Source: Acidimicrobiia bacterium
GTDB lineage: Bacteria; Actinomycetota; Acidimicrobiia; Spongiisociales; UBA11373
NCBI GenBank assembly: GCA_040882645.1
Contig: JBBEAX010000038.1
Span: forward strand, 44,164-108,163
Direction of reading: 5' to 3'
DNA: 64,000 bases
In this document: positions 9,152 through 17,845 of the stretch, piece after piece
Layout of the letters: the number at the start of each line of letters is the position of its first letter
Numbering within the stretch: the first letter of the stretch is position 1
Translations under genes and position numbers: made by a program
The notes under the pieces: generated by a model
What the model was told of the DNA's origin: nothing
The model's input: only the letters and a program-made list of their open reading frames with translations
The model's database searches: none

Positions 9152-10138
9152 GTGGAGGAGTTCATTCGGGCTCTGCCCAAGGTGGAACTCCATGTCCACA
9201 TCGAGGGAACCCTCGAACCGGAGATGATGTTTGCCCTCGGGGCGCGTAACCGGATTGCGCTGCCATTCTCCTCCGTGGAGGAGACCCGGGCGGCGTACGA
9301 ATTCGTCGACCTCCAGTCGTTTCTCGACATCTACTACCAGGGCGCCGCCGTACTGCAGACCACGGAGGACTTCGCCGACCTGATGGCGGCCTACCTCCAT
9401 CGGGCGGCGGCAGACAACGTGCGGCATGCCGAGATCTTCTTCGATCCGCAGACCCATACCGAGCGGGGCATTCCCTTTGGGGTGTTCATGGACGGGTTCG
9501 AGCGAGCCCGAGCCGAGGCGGCGGCAACCCTGGGCATCTCGAGCCTGCTGATCATGTGCTTCCTCCGCCACCTTCCGGAGGAGAGCGCGCTCGAGACCCT
9601 GGAGCAGGCTGCGCCCTTCTTCGACCGGATCGTCGCGGTCGGCCTCGACTCGGGCGAGGTGGGCAATCCCCCAGATCGGTTCGAGAGAGTGTTCAGTCGG
9701 GCGCGCGCCCTCGGTCTTCGGGCCGTGGCCCACGCAGGGGAGGAGGGTCCCCCGTCGTACATCACCGGGGCCCTCGATCTCCTCGGCGCCGAGCGGATCG
9801 ACCACGGGGTCGCCTGCGAGCAGGACCAGGCACTCGTGGAGCGGTTGGTGCGGGAGGCGATCCCCCTCACGATGTGCCCGTTGTCGAACCTTGCCCTTCG
9901 GGGCGTCGCCGACCTGAAAGAGCACAACCTCAAACGTCTGCTCGATCGGCGAGTCCGGGTGACCGTCAACTCCGATGACCCGGCGTACTTCGGCGGGTAC
10001 ATCGGCGATAACTTCCTGGTGATCCAGCAAGCGCTCGATCTGGATCGCAACGACCTGACCACCCTGGCCCGCAACGCCATCGAGGGATCGTTTCTGCCTC
10101 CCGACGGGAAGACGCGGCTGCTGGCCGAACTCGTTTAG
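9152..10138 (+). CDS. add: adenosine/adenine deaminase family protein
   Basis: Contains LPKVELHVHIEGTLEP, HAGEEGP and SDDPAYFG motifs. GTG 9152 is preceded by a perfect AAGGAGG at 9141-9147. The ORF-track start at 9113 is less likely. Confidence 0.85.
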   Translation: MEEFIRALPKVELHVHIEGTLEPEMMFALGARNRIALPFSSVEETRAAYEFVDLQSFLDIYYQGAAVLQTTEDFADLMAAYLHRAAADNVRHAEIFFDPQTHTERGIPFGVFMDGFERARAEAAATLGISSLLIMCFLRHLPEESALETLEQAAPFFDRIVAVGLDSGEVGNPPDRFERVFSRARALGLRAVAHAGEEGPPSYITGALDLLGAERIDHGVACEQDQALVERLVREAIPLTMCPLSNLALRGVADLKEHNLKRLLDRRVRVTVNSDDPAYFGGYIGDNFLVIQQALDLDRNDLTTLARNAIEGSFLPPDGKTRLLAELV

Positions 10139-10143
10139 GTCGG

Positions 10144-10195
10144 CCAACGGCCCACGGTCGACGGCCCGGAATTCTGCCGTTTGACCCGTTGGGCC
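10144..10195. repeat. NNNACGG heptads x3 with partially complementary CCGTT arm
   Basis: CCAACGG CCCACGG TCGACGG lies at 10144-10164. The complement-like CCGTTTGACCCGTTGGGCC lies at 10177-10195. The same CCAACGGCCCACGG string recurs at 45960. Confidence 0.75.
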
Positions 10196-10227
10196 ATGCT
10201 CAGGCTGCTTGACAAACGGGCGGGAAA

Positions 10228-10256
10228 TCCCGACCATACGGCGATTCCCGACCATA
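10228..10256 (+). promoter_or_regulatory. 11-nt direct repeat TCCCGACCATA x2 upstream of the arsR-MFS operon
   Basis: The copies lie at 10228-10238 and 10246-10256, downstream of a TTGACA at 10209-10214. The second copy ends 9 nt before ATG 10265. Confidence 0.35.
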
Positions 10257-10264
10257 GGGCACCA

Positions 10265-10801
10265 ATGACCGAGCCATATCAGCCGGAAGAAGGGCTGTTC
10301 GCCCTCGACATCGATCAGGCGCGGCTGCTCTCCGACGAGACCCGCGCGGCGATCATCGTCCTGCTCGCCGAACGGCCCGCCACCACCGCCCAGCTGGCCG
10401 AGGCGCTCGACCGGCCCAAGGGGACCGTCGGCCACCACCTGAAGGCGATGGAGGCGGCCGGTCTGATCCGGGTGGTACGAACCCGCAAGGTGCGGGCGCT
10501 CACCGAGAAGTACTACGGCCGGGTGGCCCGCACCTACCTGTTCCCCAATGTCGACGAGGGCCCGCAGCGCGACTTCATGGTGGAGGCCATGAGCGAGATG
10601 CGGGCCCCCCGGGAAGGGGAGGCCCCGTTCTTCACCTTGCGCCACGCTCGGCTGGCCGAGGATCGGCTCGAGGAGTTCGGCCACCGGGTCCAGGCGCTGG
10701 CCGAGGAGTTCGCCGCCTTGCCTCGCAGTGGCACCACGGTGTACGGATTCATCGCCGGGGTCTATCCCACCGACCGCCCGTCCTTGAAGGAGGATGAGTG
10801 A
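10265..10801 (+). CDS. ArsR-family winged-helix transcriptional regulator
   Basis: HTH region is RAAIIVLLAERPATTAQLAEALDRPKGTVGHHLKAMEAAGLI. There is an ATGA overlap with the downstream MFS gene. Confidence 0.75.
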   Translation: MTEPYQPEEGLFALDIDQARLLSDETRAAIIVLLAERPATTAQLAEALDRPKGTVGHHLKAMEAAGLIRVVRTRKVRALTEKYYGRVARTYLFPNVDEGPQRDFMVEAMSEMRAPREGEAPFFTLRHARLAEDRLEEFGHRVQALAEEFAALPRSGTTVYGFIAGVYPTDRPSLKEDE

Positions 10802-12198
10802 CCACCACCACGAAGCCCACCAGGACGCGACTGAGCCTCGACTACTGGCGGCTGTGGACCGCCAGCGTCATCAGCAACCTGGGCGACGGCATCGCCGCCA
10901 TCGCCTATCCGTGGCTGGCGTCGGCGGTCACCCGCGACCCGCTGCTCATCGCCCTGATCGCGGTGGCGCAGCGGATCCCGTGGTTGGTGTTCACCCTTCC
11001 CGCCGGGGTGATCACCGACCGGGTCGACCGCCGCAAGATCATGGTGACGATGGACCTCGTCCGGGCGACGCTGACGGTGCTTGTCGCGTTCGTGATCCTG
11101 GGGGAGATTACGTCGCTGCCCACGCCGGCGGAGCTGGCGACCGGAGTCGATGTCGCCACCAACTTCACCGTCTACCTCGTGCTGCTTGGCGCTGCGCTTT
11201 TGATGGGCATGGCCGAAGTCCTTCGGGACAACTCTGCACAGACCTTCATGCCGGCCCTGGTGAAGCCGGAGAATCTGGAGCGGGCGAACGGCAACCTCTG
11301 GGGCGCCGAGATGGTGGCCAACTCGTTCGTCGGCCCCCCGGTGGGGTCGATCCTGTTGGGGATCGGGTTCGCCTTGCCGTTCTTCATCGACGCCGGCACC
11401 TTCGCGGTCGCCGCCGGCCTGGTGTTCCTCATCACGGGACAGTTCCGGGCGAAGCGCGCCGATGGCGCTGCTCCGGGGAAGAAGGTCGCCTGGAAGGCCG
11501 AGATCAAGGAGGGATTCCTCTGGTTGTGGCAGCACCCACTGCTCCGGCCGATGGCCATCGTTCTCGGCTTCCTCAATGCGGGCGCGATGATGATGTTCTC
11601 CACCTTCATCCTCTTCGCCCAGGAGGACCTCGACCTCGAGACCGGGCTCTTCACCGGGGTGCTTCAGCCCGTCGCCGACTTCTTCGGCGCGAGCAGCGTC
11701 GCCGCCTTCGTGTTCTCGCTGCTGCTCATGGCCGGCGCCGTCGGAGGAATCCTTGGGAGCGTGTTCGCCGCCAGGATCAGCAAGCGGCTGGGCAGCGGGC
11801 CCTCGCTGTATCTGACCATGGCAGGCGGCGCCGCCTCCGCTCTGGTGATCGGGCTCACCAGCCGTTGGTGGGTGGTGTGGCTGATGTTCGCCATCTCGAC
11901 GCTGCTGGCGTTGCTGTGGAACGTGATCACGGTGTCGCTCCGGCAGACGATCATCCCCGACGAACTGCTCGGCCGGGTGAACAGCGTGTACCGGTTCTTC
12001 GGCTGGGGGATGATGCCCATCGGCTCGCTGCTCGGCGGCGTGATCGTTGCGGTGTTCACCCCGCTCGTGGGTAGGTCCGATGCCCTCCGCTGGCCGTTCT
12101 TCGCGGTGGCGATCATCAACGTGATGCTGTTGGTGTACGCCATCCCCCGCCTGACCACAGACAAGATCGAAGGGGCGCGGGCAGAGGCGAAGAAGTAG
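10798..12198 (+). CDS. MFS transporter
   Basis: 466-aa protein with about 12 TM segments, including the typical DRVDRRKIM loop after TM2. Confidence 0.8.
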   Translation: MTTTTKPTRTRLSLDYWRLWTASVISNLGDGIAAIAYPWLASAVTRDPLLIALIAVAQRIPWLVFTLPAGVITDRVDRRKIMVTMDLVRATLTVLVAFVILGEITSLPTPAELATGVDVATNFTVYLVLLGAALLMGMAEVLRDNSAQTFMPALVKPENLERANGNLWGAEMVANSFVGPPVGSILLGIGFALPFFIDAGTFAVAAGLVFLITGQFRAKRADGAAPGKKVAWKAEIKEGFLWLWQHPLLRPMAIVLGFLNAGAMMMFSTFILFAQEDLDLETGLFTGVLQPVADFFGASSVAAFVFSLLLMAGAVGGILGSVFAARISKRLGSGPSLYLTMAGGAASALVIGLTSRWWVVWLMFAISTLLALLWNVITVSLRQTIIPDELLGRVNSVYRFFGWGMMPIGSLLGGVIVAVFTPLVGRSDALRWPFFAVAIINVMLLVYAIPRLTTDKIEGARAEAKK

Positions 12199-12246
12199 CG
12201 CCCTCAACCGGGTAATCCGTGCCAGACCGCCGCACGGCCCCTTCGT

Positions 12247-12287
12247 CACCGCCCTTCGGGCGGTGCCACCTCCCCCTGCGGGGGAGG
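12247..12287 (+). terminator. two tandem GC-rich hairpins after the MFS gene
   Basis: The hairpins are CACCGCCC-TTC-GGGCGGTG and CCTCCCCC-TGC-GGGGGAGG. There is no U-tract. Confidence 0.5.
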
Positions 12288-12299
12288 AAACGCCGTCCT

Positions 12300-12339
12300 A
12301 CGAATTGCGAATTGCGAATTGCGGCCGAGCGAAGCGAGG
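12300..12339. repeat. (GCGAATT)x3 followed by GGCCGAGCGAAGCGAGG box
   Basis: Half-copy of the cassette seen at 2513-2576 and, inverted, at 14381-14443. Confidence 0.85.
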
Positions 12340-12392
12340 TAGGGTCACCAAGGGCTTCTCGCTATCGCCCCGAAGCAATTTCAGAATCACGA

Positions 12393-13094
12393 ATGATGCC
12401 CTGGCTCCTCATTTCAGACGCCGATGACACCCTGCTCGGTGACCCCGCTGGCCTGCGCACTCTGACCTCGCACCTGGCCCACCACCGCAACGTCGCGGTG
12501 GTGGTCAACTCCAGTCGGCCGGTGAAGAGCGTTGCCGCTTCATTCGTTCCTATCAAGGGCTTCCGTCCGCAAGGATTCATCGGGGCCCTCGGGACCGAAG
12601 TGGACGTCGCGGGACGCCGGGCACTCGGGTGGGGGTCGAGGTTCGGCCACTGGGATCGTCAGCTCATTCATGACACGCTGGCCGGGCTGGGGTTTCAGCC
12701 ACACATCGACGAGTACCAGGGTTCCCACAAGGTCAGCTTCACCGTTCCACCCGAGCAATGGGCCGACGCCCGGCGAGCCGTCTTCGCCACGCGGCTCGCC
12801 ATCCGCATCATCGAATCGGTTCCCTCCAATTTCGATGTGCTGCCGCGCGCTGCGGGCAAGGCTGCGGCTGCGCGCTACGCCGCCCGCCGCCTCGGTGTCC
12901 CCCTCCACCGGGTGGTCACAGCCGGCGACTCCGCCAACGATTGGGACCTTCTGCGGGTCGGATTCGGGGTGGCAGTGGGCAATGCTCGCTTCGAGCTGCT
13001 GCGAAGGGTGCAGGACACGTCTGTGTATCTGGCGCGCCACCAACGAGCGCTCGGCGTCCTCGAGGGGCTCACCGTTGCCGGAGCATTCAGATGA
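12393..13094 (+). CDS. HAD-IIB sucrose-phosphate-phosphatase-like hydrolase
   Basis: HAD motif I is LLISDADDTLLGD and motif IV is TAGDSANDWDLL. Translationally coupled (ATGA) to the following SPS-like glycosyltransferase. Confidence 0.6.
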   Translation: MMPWLLISDADDTLLGDPAGLRTLTSHLAHHRNVAVVVNSSRPVKSVAASFVPIKGFRPQGFIGALGTEVDVAGRRALGWGSRFGHWDRQLIHDTLAGLGFQPHIDEYQGSHKVSFTVPPEQWADARRAVFATRLAIRIIESVPSNFDVLPRAAGKAAAARYAARRLGVPLHRVVTAGDSANDWDLLRVGFGVAVGNARFELLRRVQDTSVYLARHQRALGVLEGLTVAGAFR

Positions 13095-14377
13095 ATCTCG
13101 AATCTCGCATCCTGATGCTGTCACTCCACGGGTATGTGGGGGCGGAACCAGAGCTGGGGCTGCCCGACACCGGGGGACAGGTGGTGTTCGTCCTCCGCCT
13201 CGCCGAGCGGCTGGCCGAGATGGGCTACGACGTCGACATCGTCACCCGGAGATTCGAAGATCAGCCCGAGATGGATGAGATGAGCCCGCGCCTGCGGGTG
13301 TGGCGGATCCCCTTCGGCGGCCCTGACTTCATCCGCAAGGAAGACATGCACGACCACCTGGGTGAGTTCGTCACCGAGTTCCTTCGCCGATCCGACGAAC
13401 TGAAGCGCCGTTACGCCATCGTCTCCTCGCACTATTGGGACGCCGGGTGGGCCGGGCAGCGCGTTGCCGAGGAGATGGACATCCCCCATGTCCACACGCC
13501 GCACTCGCTGGGTTCGTGGAAGCGCAAGGACATGAAGGGCGACGTTCAGCAGATCGAAACCGACTACCGATTCGCCGAGAGGATCGAAAAGGAGTTCCTG
13601 GTCTACCGACGGTGCGAACAGGTGATCGCCACCACTCCCCAGCAGCTGTCGATCCTCGGCGAGGACTACGAGGTACCCGAACGTCACGTGACAATGATTC
13701 CTCCGGGGATCGACGAGAGGACCTATACCCCGGTGCCGCGGGCAAATGTGGCCCGGCTCCGCAAGGAACTCGGGTTCAGGAAGCACGACGTCTACACCAT
13801 CGGACGGGCGGCAGCGAACAAGGGCTACGACCTGCTGATCAAGGCGCTGCCCACGCTGCGTGATGCCGTCGGCGACGCCCGGCTAATGCTCGCCATCGGG
13901 GCCGACTCGGCCACCGACAAGGGCCGGGTCACGCGGTGGCAGAAACTCGCCGCCGACCTTGGGGTTGCCGACCACATCAACTGGCTCGGGTATATCGCCG
14001 ACGACAAGATGGCCGATCACTATCGCGCCGCGCCGGTGTTCGCCCTGCCGTCACGGTACGAGCCATTCGGAATGACCGCGGTCGAAGCGATGGCCTGCGG
14101 CACCGCCTGTGTCGCCACCGTCCATGGGGGCCTCGAAGAAATGTTCGACTTCGGCAGCCAGGCCCTCTTCGCCGACCCGAAGCGCCCCCAGGAATTCGGA
14201 GTGATGCTCAGCATGCCGCTGCGATATCCCCGCCTCCAGGAGCGTCTCGCTATCGACGGCGCTCGCTGGGCCCGCCGTACCTTCGGCTGGCGCCGCATCG
14301 CCCGACGCACCGTCGAAGTGCTGGAGCAAGCGGCGCAAAGCCACAGCGACGAGCCAGGCTTGTCGACTGGGGGGTAG
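13091..14377 (+). CDS. GT4 glycosyltransferase, sucrose-phosphate synthase / mannosylfructose-phosphate synthase-like
   Basis: The N-terminus LMLSLHGYVGAEPELGLPDTGGQVVFVLRLAERLAEMGYDVDIVTR is typical of the SPS family. The C-terminal GT-B block is EPFGMTAVEAMACG. Confidence 0.7.
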   Translation: MNLESRILMLSLHGYVGAEPELGLPDTGGQVVFVLRLAERLAEMGYDVDIVTRRFEDQPEMDEMSPRLRVWRIPFGGPDFIRKEDMHDHLGEFVTEFLRRSDELKRRYAIVSSHYWDAGWAGQRVAEEMDIPHVHTPHSLGSWKRKDMKGDVQQIETDYRFAERIEKEFLVYRRCEQVIATTPQQLSILGEDYEVPERHVTMIPPGIDERTYTPVPRANVARLRKELGFRKHDVYTIGRAAANKGYDLLIKALPTLRDAVGDARLMLAIGADSATDKGRVTRWQKLAADLGVADHINWLGYIADDKMADHYRAAPVFALPSRYEPFGMTAVEAMACGTACVATVHGGLEEMFDFGSQALFADPKRPQEFGVMLSMPLRYPRLQERLAIDGARWARRTFGWRRIARRTVEVLEQAAQSHSDEPGLSTGG

Positions 14378-14380
14378 TTG

Positions 14381-14498
14381 GGCCTCGCTTCGCTCGGCCC
14401 GCAATTGGCAATTGGTAGGAGGGAGGCCTCGCTTCGCTCGGCCGATGGCAGCTCGCGCGGGTTCTCGCGGGCAGCGGGCTGCGGGTAGCGGGTTCCCC
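14381..14498. repeat. two GGCCTCGCTTCGCTCGGCC boxes bracketing (GCAATTG)x2, then GNNGCGG heptads
   Basis: The boxes lie at 14381-14399 and 14425-14443 (19/19 identical), with heptads at 14401-14414. The GNNGCGG units at 14464-14498 read CTCGCGG GCAGCGG GCTGCGG GTAGCGG. Confidence 0.9.
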
Positions 14499-14505
14499 GG
14501 CTCGC

Positions 14506-15141
14506 CTACGGCGAGCCAGGAAACCTCACTCCGCAGGAGTGGTCGGGACAGTAGCCATTGGGGTTCTTCTCGAGGTACTGCTGGTGGTAGCCCTCGGCGT
14601 AGTAGAAGTCGCCCAGTGGCTGGATCTCTGTGGTGATCTCGCCGAAGCCTGACTTCTTCAGCTCGGCCTGGAACATGTCCCGGCTGCGCTTGGCGGCGTC
14701 GGCCTGCTCGTCCGAGTGGGTATAGATCGCCGAGCGGTACTGGGTCCCGCGGTCGGCGCCCTGGCGCATGCCCTGCGTGGGGTCGTGGTTCTCCCAGAAC
14801 AGCCGGAGCACCGCGTCGAAGGAGATCTGATTCGGATCGAAGGCGACCAGCGCTACTTCGGTGTGGCCGGTCAGCGCCGAGCACACCTCTTCATAGGTGG
14901 GGTTGGGGGTGAACCCGCCGGCGTACCCGACTGCAGTGCTGTAGACCCCCGGCGTCTCCCAGAACAGCTTCTCGGCCCCCCAGAAGCACCCCATCCCGAA
15001 CACCGCCGTCTCGACCCCATCGGGGAAGGGCGGATGGATCGGGTTGCCGTTGACGAAATGGGTGTCGGTGGTGGGAATCGCCGCCGGGCGACCCTCGAGA
15101 GCGTCGGACGGCGAGATCATTTGTGACTTGTGACCGAACAT
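14506..15141 (-). CDS. msrA: peptide-methionine (S)-S-oxide reductase
   Basis: Has the GMGCFWGAE catalytic motif and HDPT..., YHQQYL blocks. Confidence 0.92.
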   Translation of the reverse strand: MFGHKSQMISPSDALEGRPAAIPTTDTHFVNGNPIHPPFPDGVETAVFGMGCFWGAEKLFWETPGVYSTAVGYAGGFTPNPTYEEVCSALTGHTEVALVAFDPNQISFDAVLRLFWENHDPTQGMRQGADRGTQYRSAIYTHSDEQADAAKRSRDMFQAELKKSGFGEITTEIQPLGDFYYAEGYHQQYLEKNPNGYCPDHSCGVRFPGSP

Positions 15142-15150
15142 GGTGATCAG

Positions 15151-15177
15151 AACGGTAGAGGGCTTGGCGGTGTTCCC
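15151..15177 (-). promoter_or_regulatory. SigH/SigR-type promoter upstream of msrA (GGGAAC-N18-GTT)
   Basis: The minus strand reads GGGAAC ACCGCCAAGCCCTCTACC GTT CTGATCACC ATG. The spacing is exactly 18 nt. msrA is a classical member of SigH/SigR regulons. Confidence 0.6.
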
Positions 15178-15186
15178 GTAGAAGGG

Positions 15187-15278
15187 TCAAGAATCAAGAG
15201 CCAGGACCTGACCCGAATCGGCTCCTGCTCGTTCTTGAACCTGAATCTTGAGTCTTGACTCTTGGCTCTTGATTCTCA
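15187..15278. repeat. CAAGARY heptad hairpin
   Basis: The left arm is TCAAGAATCAAGAGCCAGG. The right arm is AATCTTG AGTCTTG ACTCTTG GCTCTTG ATTCTCA. It lies between the HAD gene stop and the msrA promoter. Confidence 0.88.
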
Positions 15279-16052
15279 GCTTCGCCTTTTCCGCATTAGT
15301 CCCCAGGCGATGGCGGCTCCGATCACGGCGGCGACGGTGGCCCCGGAGATGAGCGGCACGGGGCGGGTGAGGCGCTTGGTCAGGCTCACCTGGCGCTGGA
15401 ACTGGAGAATCGGCCATCCTCGTTGCTCGGCGATGGTGCGCAGTTCCTTCTCGGGGTTGACTGCATGGGGGTTCCCGACGAGCTCGAGCAAGGGAAGATC
15501 GGTAATGCTGTCCGAATAGGCGAACGAATCGGCCAGGTCGATGCCCTGCTCATCGGCCACCGCCTGCACTGCCTTGGCCTTCTCGGCGCCGTAGGCATGC
15601 AACTCGACCTCACCGGTATAGAGGCCGTTCTCGTCGACCCGGGCCTGGGTGGCGATGACATCCTCGACGCCGATGTACCTCGACAGCGGATGCACCACTT
15701 CATACGGGCTGGCGGAGACGATGAATACCTTTCGCCCCTCCCGTATGTGCTCGTCGATGAGGAAGAGTGCTTCGGCATAGACGATTGGGGCGACGACCTC
15801 CTCGAGCGCTTCCTCGACGATGCGTTCGACCTCGGCCCGGTCCCACCCCTTGATGAGGCGGAGCATGGCGTCGCGGGCCTTTTCCAATTGGTCTTCGTCG
15901 GCCCCGAACAGCATGTACATCAACTGGCCCATGGCGGCGCGCGCCAGCACCCGTCGCCCCAGCATCCCGGCCCGGTAGAGGTGCCCGGTGAAGGCGAGGG
16001 TCGAAGACCGAGCGATGACGGTCTTGTCAAGATCGAAGAAGGCGGCGCGCAT
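15276..16052 (-). CDS. HAD-IB (SerB-like) family hydrolase with C-terminal TM segment
   Basis: Contains AAFFDLDKTVI (motif I), IVSASP (motif II) and AYSDSITDLPLL (motif IV). The part of the 521-aa ORF upstream of ATG 16052 runs through repeat DNA. Confidence 0.75.
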   Translation of the reverse strand: MRAAFFDLDKTVIARSSTLAFTGHLYRAGMLGRRVLARAAMGQLMYMLFGADEDQLEKARDAMLRLIKGWDRAEVERIVEEALEEVVAPIVYAEALFLIDEHIREGRKVFIVSASPYEVVHPLSRYIGVEDVIATQARVDENGLYTGEVELHAYGAEKAKAVQAVADEQGIDLADSFAYSDSITDLPLLELVGNPHAVNPEKELRTIAEQRGWPILQFQRQVSLTKRLTRPVPLISGATVAAVIGAAIAWGLMRKRRS

Positions 16053-16099
16053 GGTCAGGAGGGAAAGTCTACGGGTGGATGAGGGGTGAAGGTCGCCCC

Positions 16100-16178
16100 G
16101 CGATGCGCAATGAGCAATGCGCAATGAGCAACCCGGTTCGGAATCGCGCCTCGCGTCTCGCGTCTCGCGCATCGCGCC
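16100..16178. repeat. (GCAATGN)x4-5 and (TCGCGNC)x5 heptad arrays
   Basis: The arrays lie at 16100-16134 and 16144-16178, in the divergent region between the HAD gene and the tad-like locus. Confidence 0.88.
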
Positions 16179-16189
16179 GAACAGCCCCC

Positions 16190-16218
16190 TTGAGTCCGGG
16201 AGGCTGCGCGCGTACGTT
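16190..16218 (+). promoter_or_regulatory. candidate sigma-70-type promoter of the tad-like operon (TTGAGT-17-TACGTT)
   Basis: Hexamers with 17-nt spacing, about 27 nt upstream of TTG 16245 and its AAGGAG. Confidence 0.35.
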
Positions 16219-16244
16219 GCCGGCCCCACCAAGGAGCCGATCAC

Positions 16245-16802
16245 TTGTTTCCGGCGCTGGCTGTCTGGACGCCGGAGGACGGTCTGCTCGGTGCGCTCGC
16301 CCCGCTCGGCCTGGCGCTCGCTGCCGACGACGCGGTGGTGGTCGATCTCGATCCCCTTGGGCCGAGGTATCCGGGCGACCGGTCTCTGGCCGACCTGGTG
16401 CGAGACGGGGTGCGCAAGGATGACCTGACGCCGCGCCGGGGGATCGGAGTGCTGCGCAATGGCGGGGTGGCGCCGCTCGATGCGAGGCCCGTCGTCGAAG
16501 CCCTGCTCGCTCATCTTCCGCGACTGGTGCTTCGCCTGCCGCCCCGGCCCGTTCCGGCGGGGCTCCCCATGCCGGTGGTCCCTGTGAGGCTGCTGCTGCC
16601 CGGGTCGCTGTTCGCTCCGCAGGGGGGGCCAGCCGTGTTCCAGACGACCCCGTCGTTCGCCAGATTGCCGGGGGTCGGGGTACGCCTTCCGGTTCCCCAC
16701 CCGGCGACGGTGAGGCTTCTCCTCGAGGGCCGCCGTCCTCCGGCGAAGGATCGCTGGGTCCGCGCGTGGCGCAGCGCCTGGAGGCTTCCGTGGCAGCCGT
16801 GA
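16245..16802 (+). CDS. short CpaE/TadZ-like protein lacking a P-loop (helicase/secretion-neighbourhood position)
   Basis: TTG 16245 lies 8 nt after AAGGAG. The layout is MinD/ParA-like (ALAVWTPEDG...VVVDLDP), but no GxxGxGK(S/T) Walker A is present. It sits directly before the CpaF-like ATPase. Confidence 0.4.
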   Translation: MFPALAVWTPEDGLLGALAPLGLALAADDAVVVDLDPLGPRYPGDRSLADLVRDGVRKDDLTPRRGIGVLRNGGVAPLDARPVVEALLAHLPRLVLRLPPRPVPAGLPMPVVPVRLLLPGSLFAPQGGPAVFQTTPSFARLPGVGVRLPVPHPATVRLLLEGRRPPAKDRWVRAWRSAWRLPWQP

Positions 16803-17845
16803 ATCGGATCGTCGATCGTTTGCTGCGATCGGAAGTGCCATTGCGTCGGGTCGAGGTGGGCCGCGCGGCGCGGCGCATCGCCGCCGACGAAGCGCCCCTC
16901 GACCCGGGAGCCGCCGCGGCGGCCACCGCCGAACTGGTCGGATTGGGTGTCCTCGAACCGCTGCTGGCCGACGGATCGGTGAGCGACATCCTCGTCAACG
17001 GTCCCGACGAGGTATGGCTGGAACGCCACGGGGTTCTGGAGCGCGCCGGAGTCTCGTTCTCCGGCCCTGAGGCCATCGTCGCCGCGGTCGAGCGGGTGAT
17101 CGCTCCGCTGGGACTCCGCCTCGACCGAGCTTCGCCCGCGGTCGACGCCCGACTCCCGGACGGATCGAGGCTCCACGCGGTGATTCCGCCGGCGGCGGTC
17201 GATGGGCCGGTGGTGGCGATCCGTCGGTTCGTATCGGTGGTGACCACGCTGGACGACGCAATTCGCGTCGGCGCCATCGACGAGACAGGGGCCCAGATCC
17301 TTCGGGACGCGGTGACGGGCCGGACGAACCTCCTGGTCTCGGGTGGGACCGGCTCAGGCAAGACCACCCTGTTGAACGTGTTGTCTGCCGTCATCCCGGC
17401 AAACGAGCGGGTGGTGACCATCGAGGACGCCGCCGAGCTGCGCTTGTCTGGTCATGTGGTCCGGCTCGAGGCACGACCGCCCAATGCGGAGGGGGCGGGC
17501 GAGATCACCTTGCGCTCCCTGGTGCGGCAGGCACTGCGGATGCGTCCCGATCGGATCGTGGTGGGCGAAGTCCGGGGTCCGGAAGCCTTCGACCTGGTCC
17601 AGGCAATGAGCACCGGGCACGACGGGTCGATGGGCACGGTGCACGCCAACGGCCCGGAGGAGGCCCTGTGGAGGGTGGAGACGCTGGCCCTCACCGCCGA
17701 TCGGAACTTGCCAGCAGACGCGGTGCGGCAAATGCTGCGATCGGCCGTCGATCTGGTCATTCATCTCGAGCGCCGCGACGGAACGAGGCGGGTGGTCGAG
17801 ATTGCGAGCGTGTCGGCGTCCGGTTTGGAGACGCGATGGCCGTGA
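16766..17845 (+). CDS. CpaF/TadA-family secretion ATPase
   Basis: Contains SDILVNG, Walker A SGGTGSGKTTLLN, TIEDAAEL, VGEVRG and MSTGHDGSMGTVHAN. Confidence 0.9.
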   Translation: MAQRLEASVAAVNRIVDRLLRSEVPLRRVEVGRAARRIAADEAPLDPGAAAAATAELVGLGVLEPLLADGSVSDILVNGPDEVWLERHGVLERAGVSFSGPEAIVAAVERVIAPLGLRLDRASPAVDARLPDGSRLHAVIPPAAVDGPVVAIRRFVSVVTTLDDAIRVGAIDETGAQILRDAVTGRTNLLVSGGTGSGKTTLLNVLSAVIPANERVVTIEDAAELRLSGHVVRLEARPPNAEGAGEITLRSLVRQALRMRPDRIVVGEVRGPEAFDLVQAMSTGHDGSMGTVHANGPEEALWRVETLALTADRNLPADAVRQMLRSAVDLVIHLERRDGTRRVVEIASVSASGLETRWP

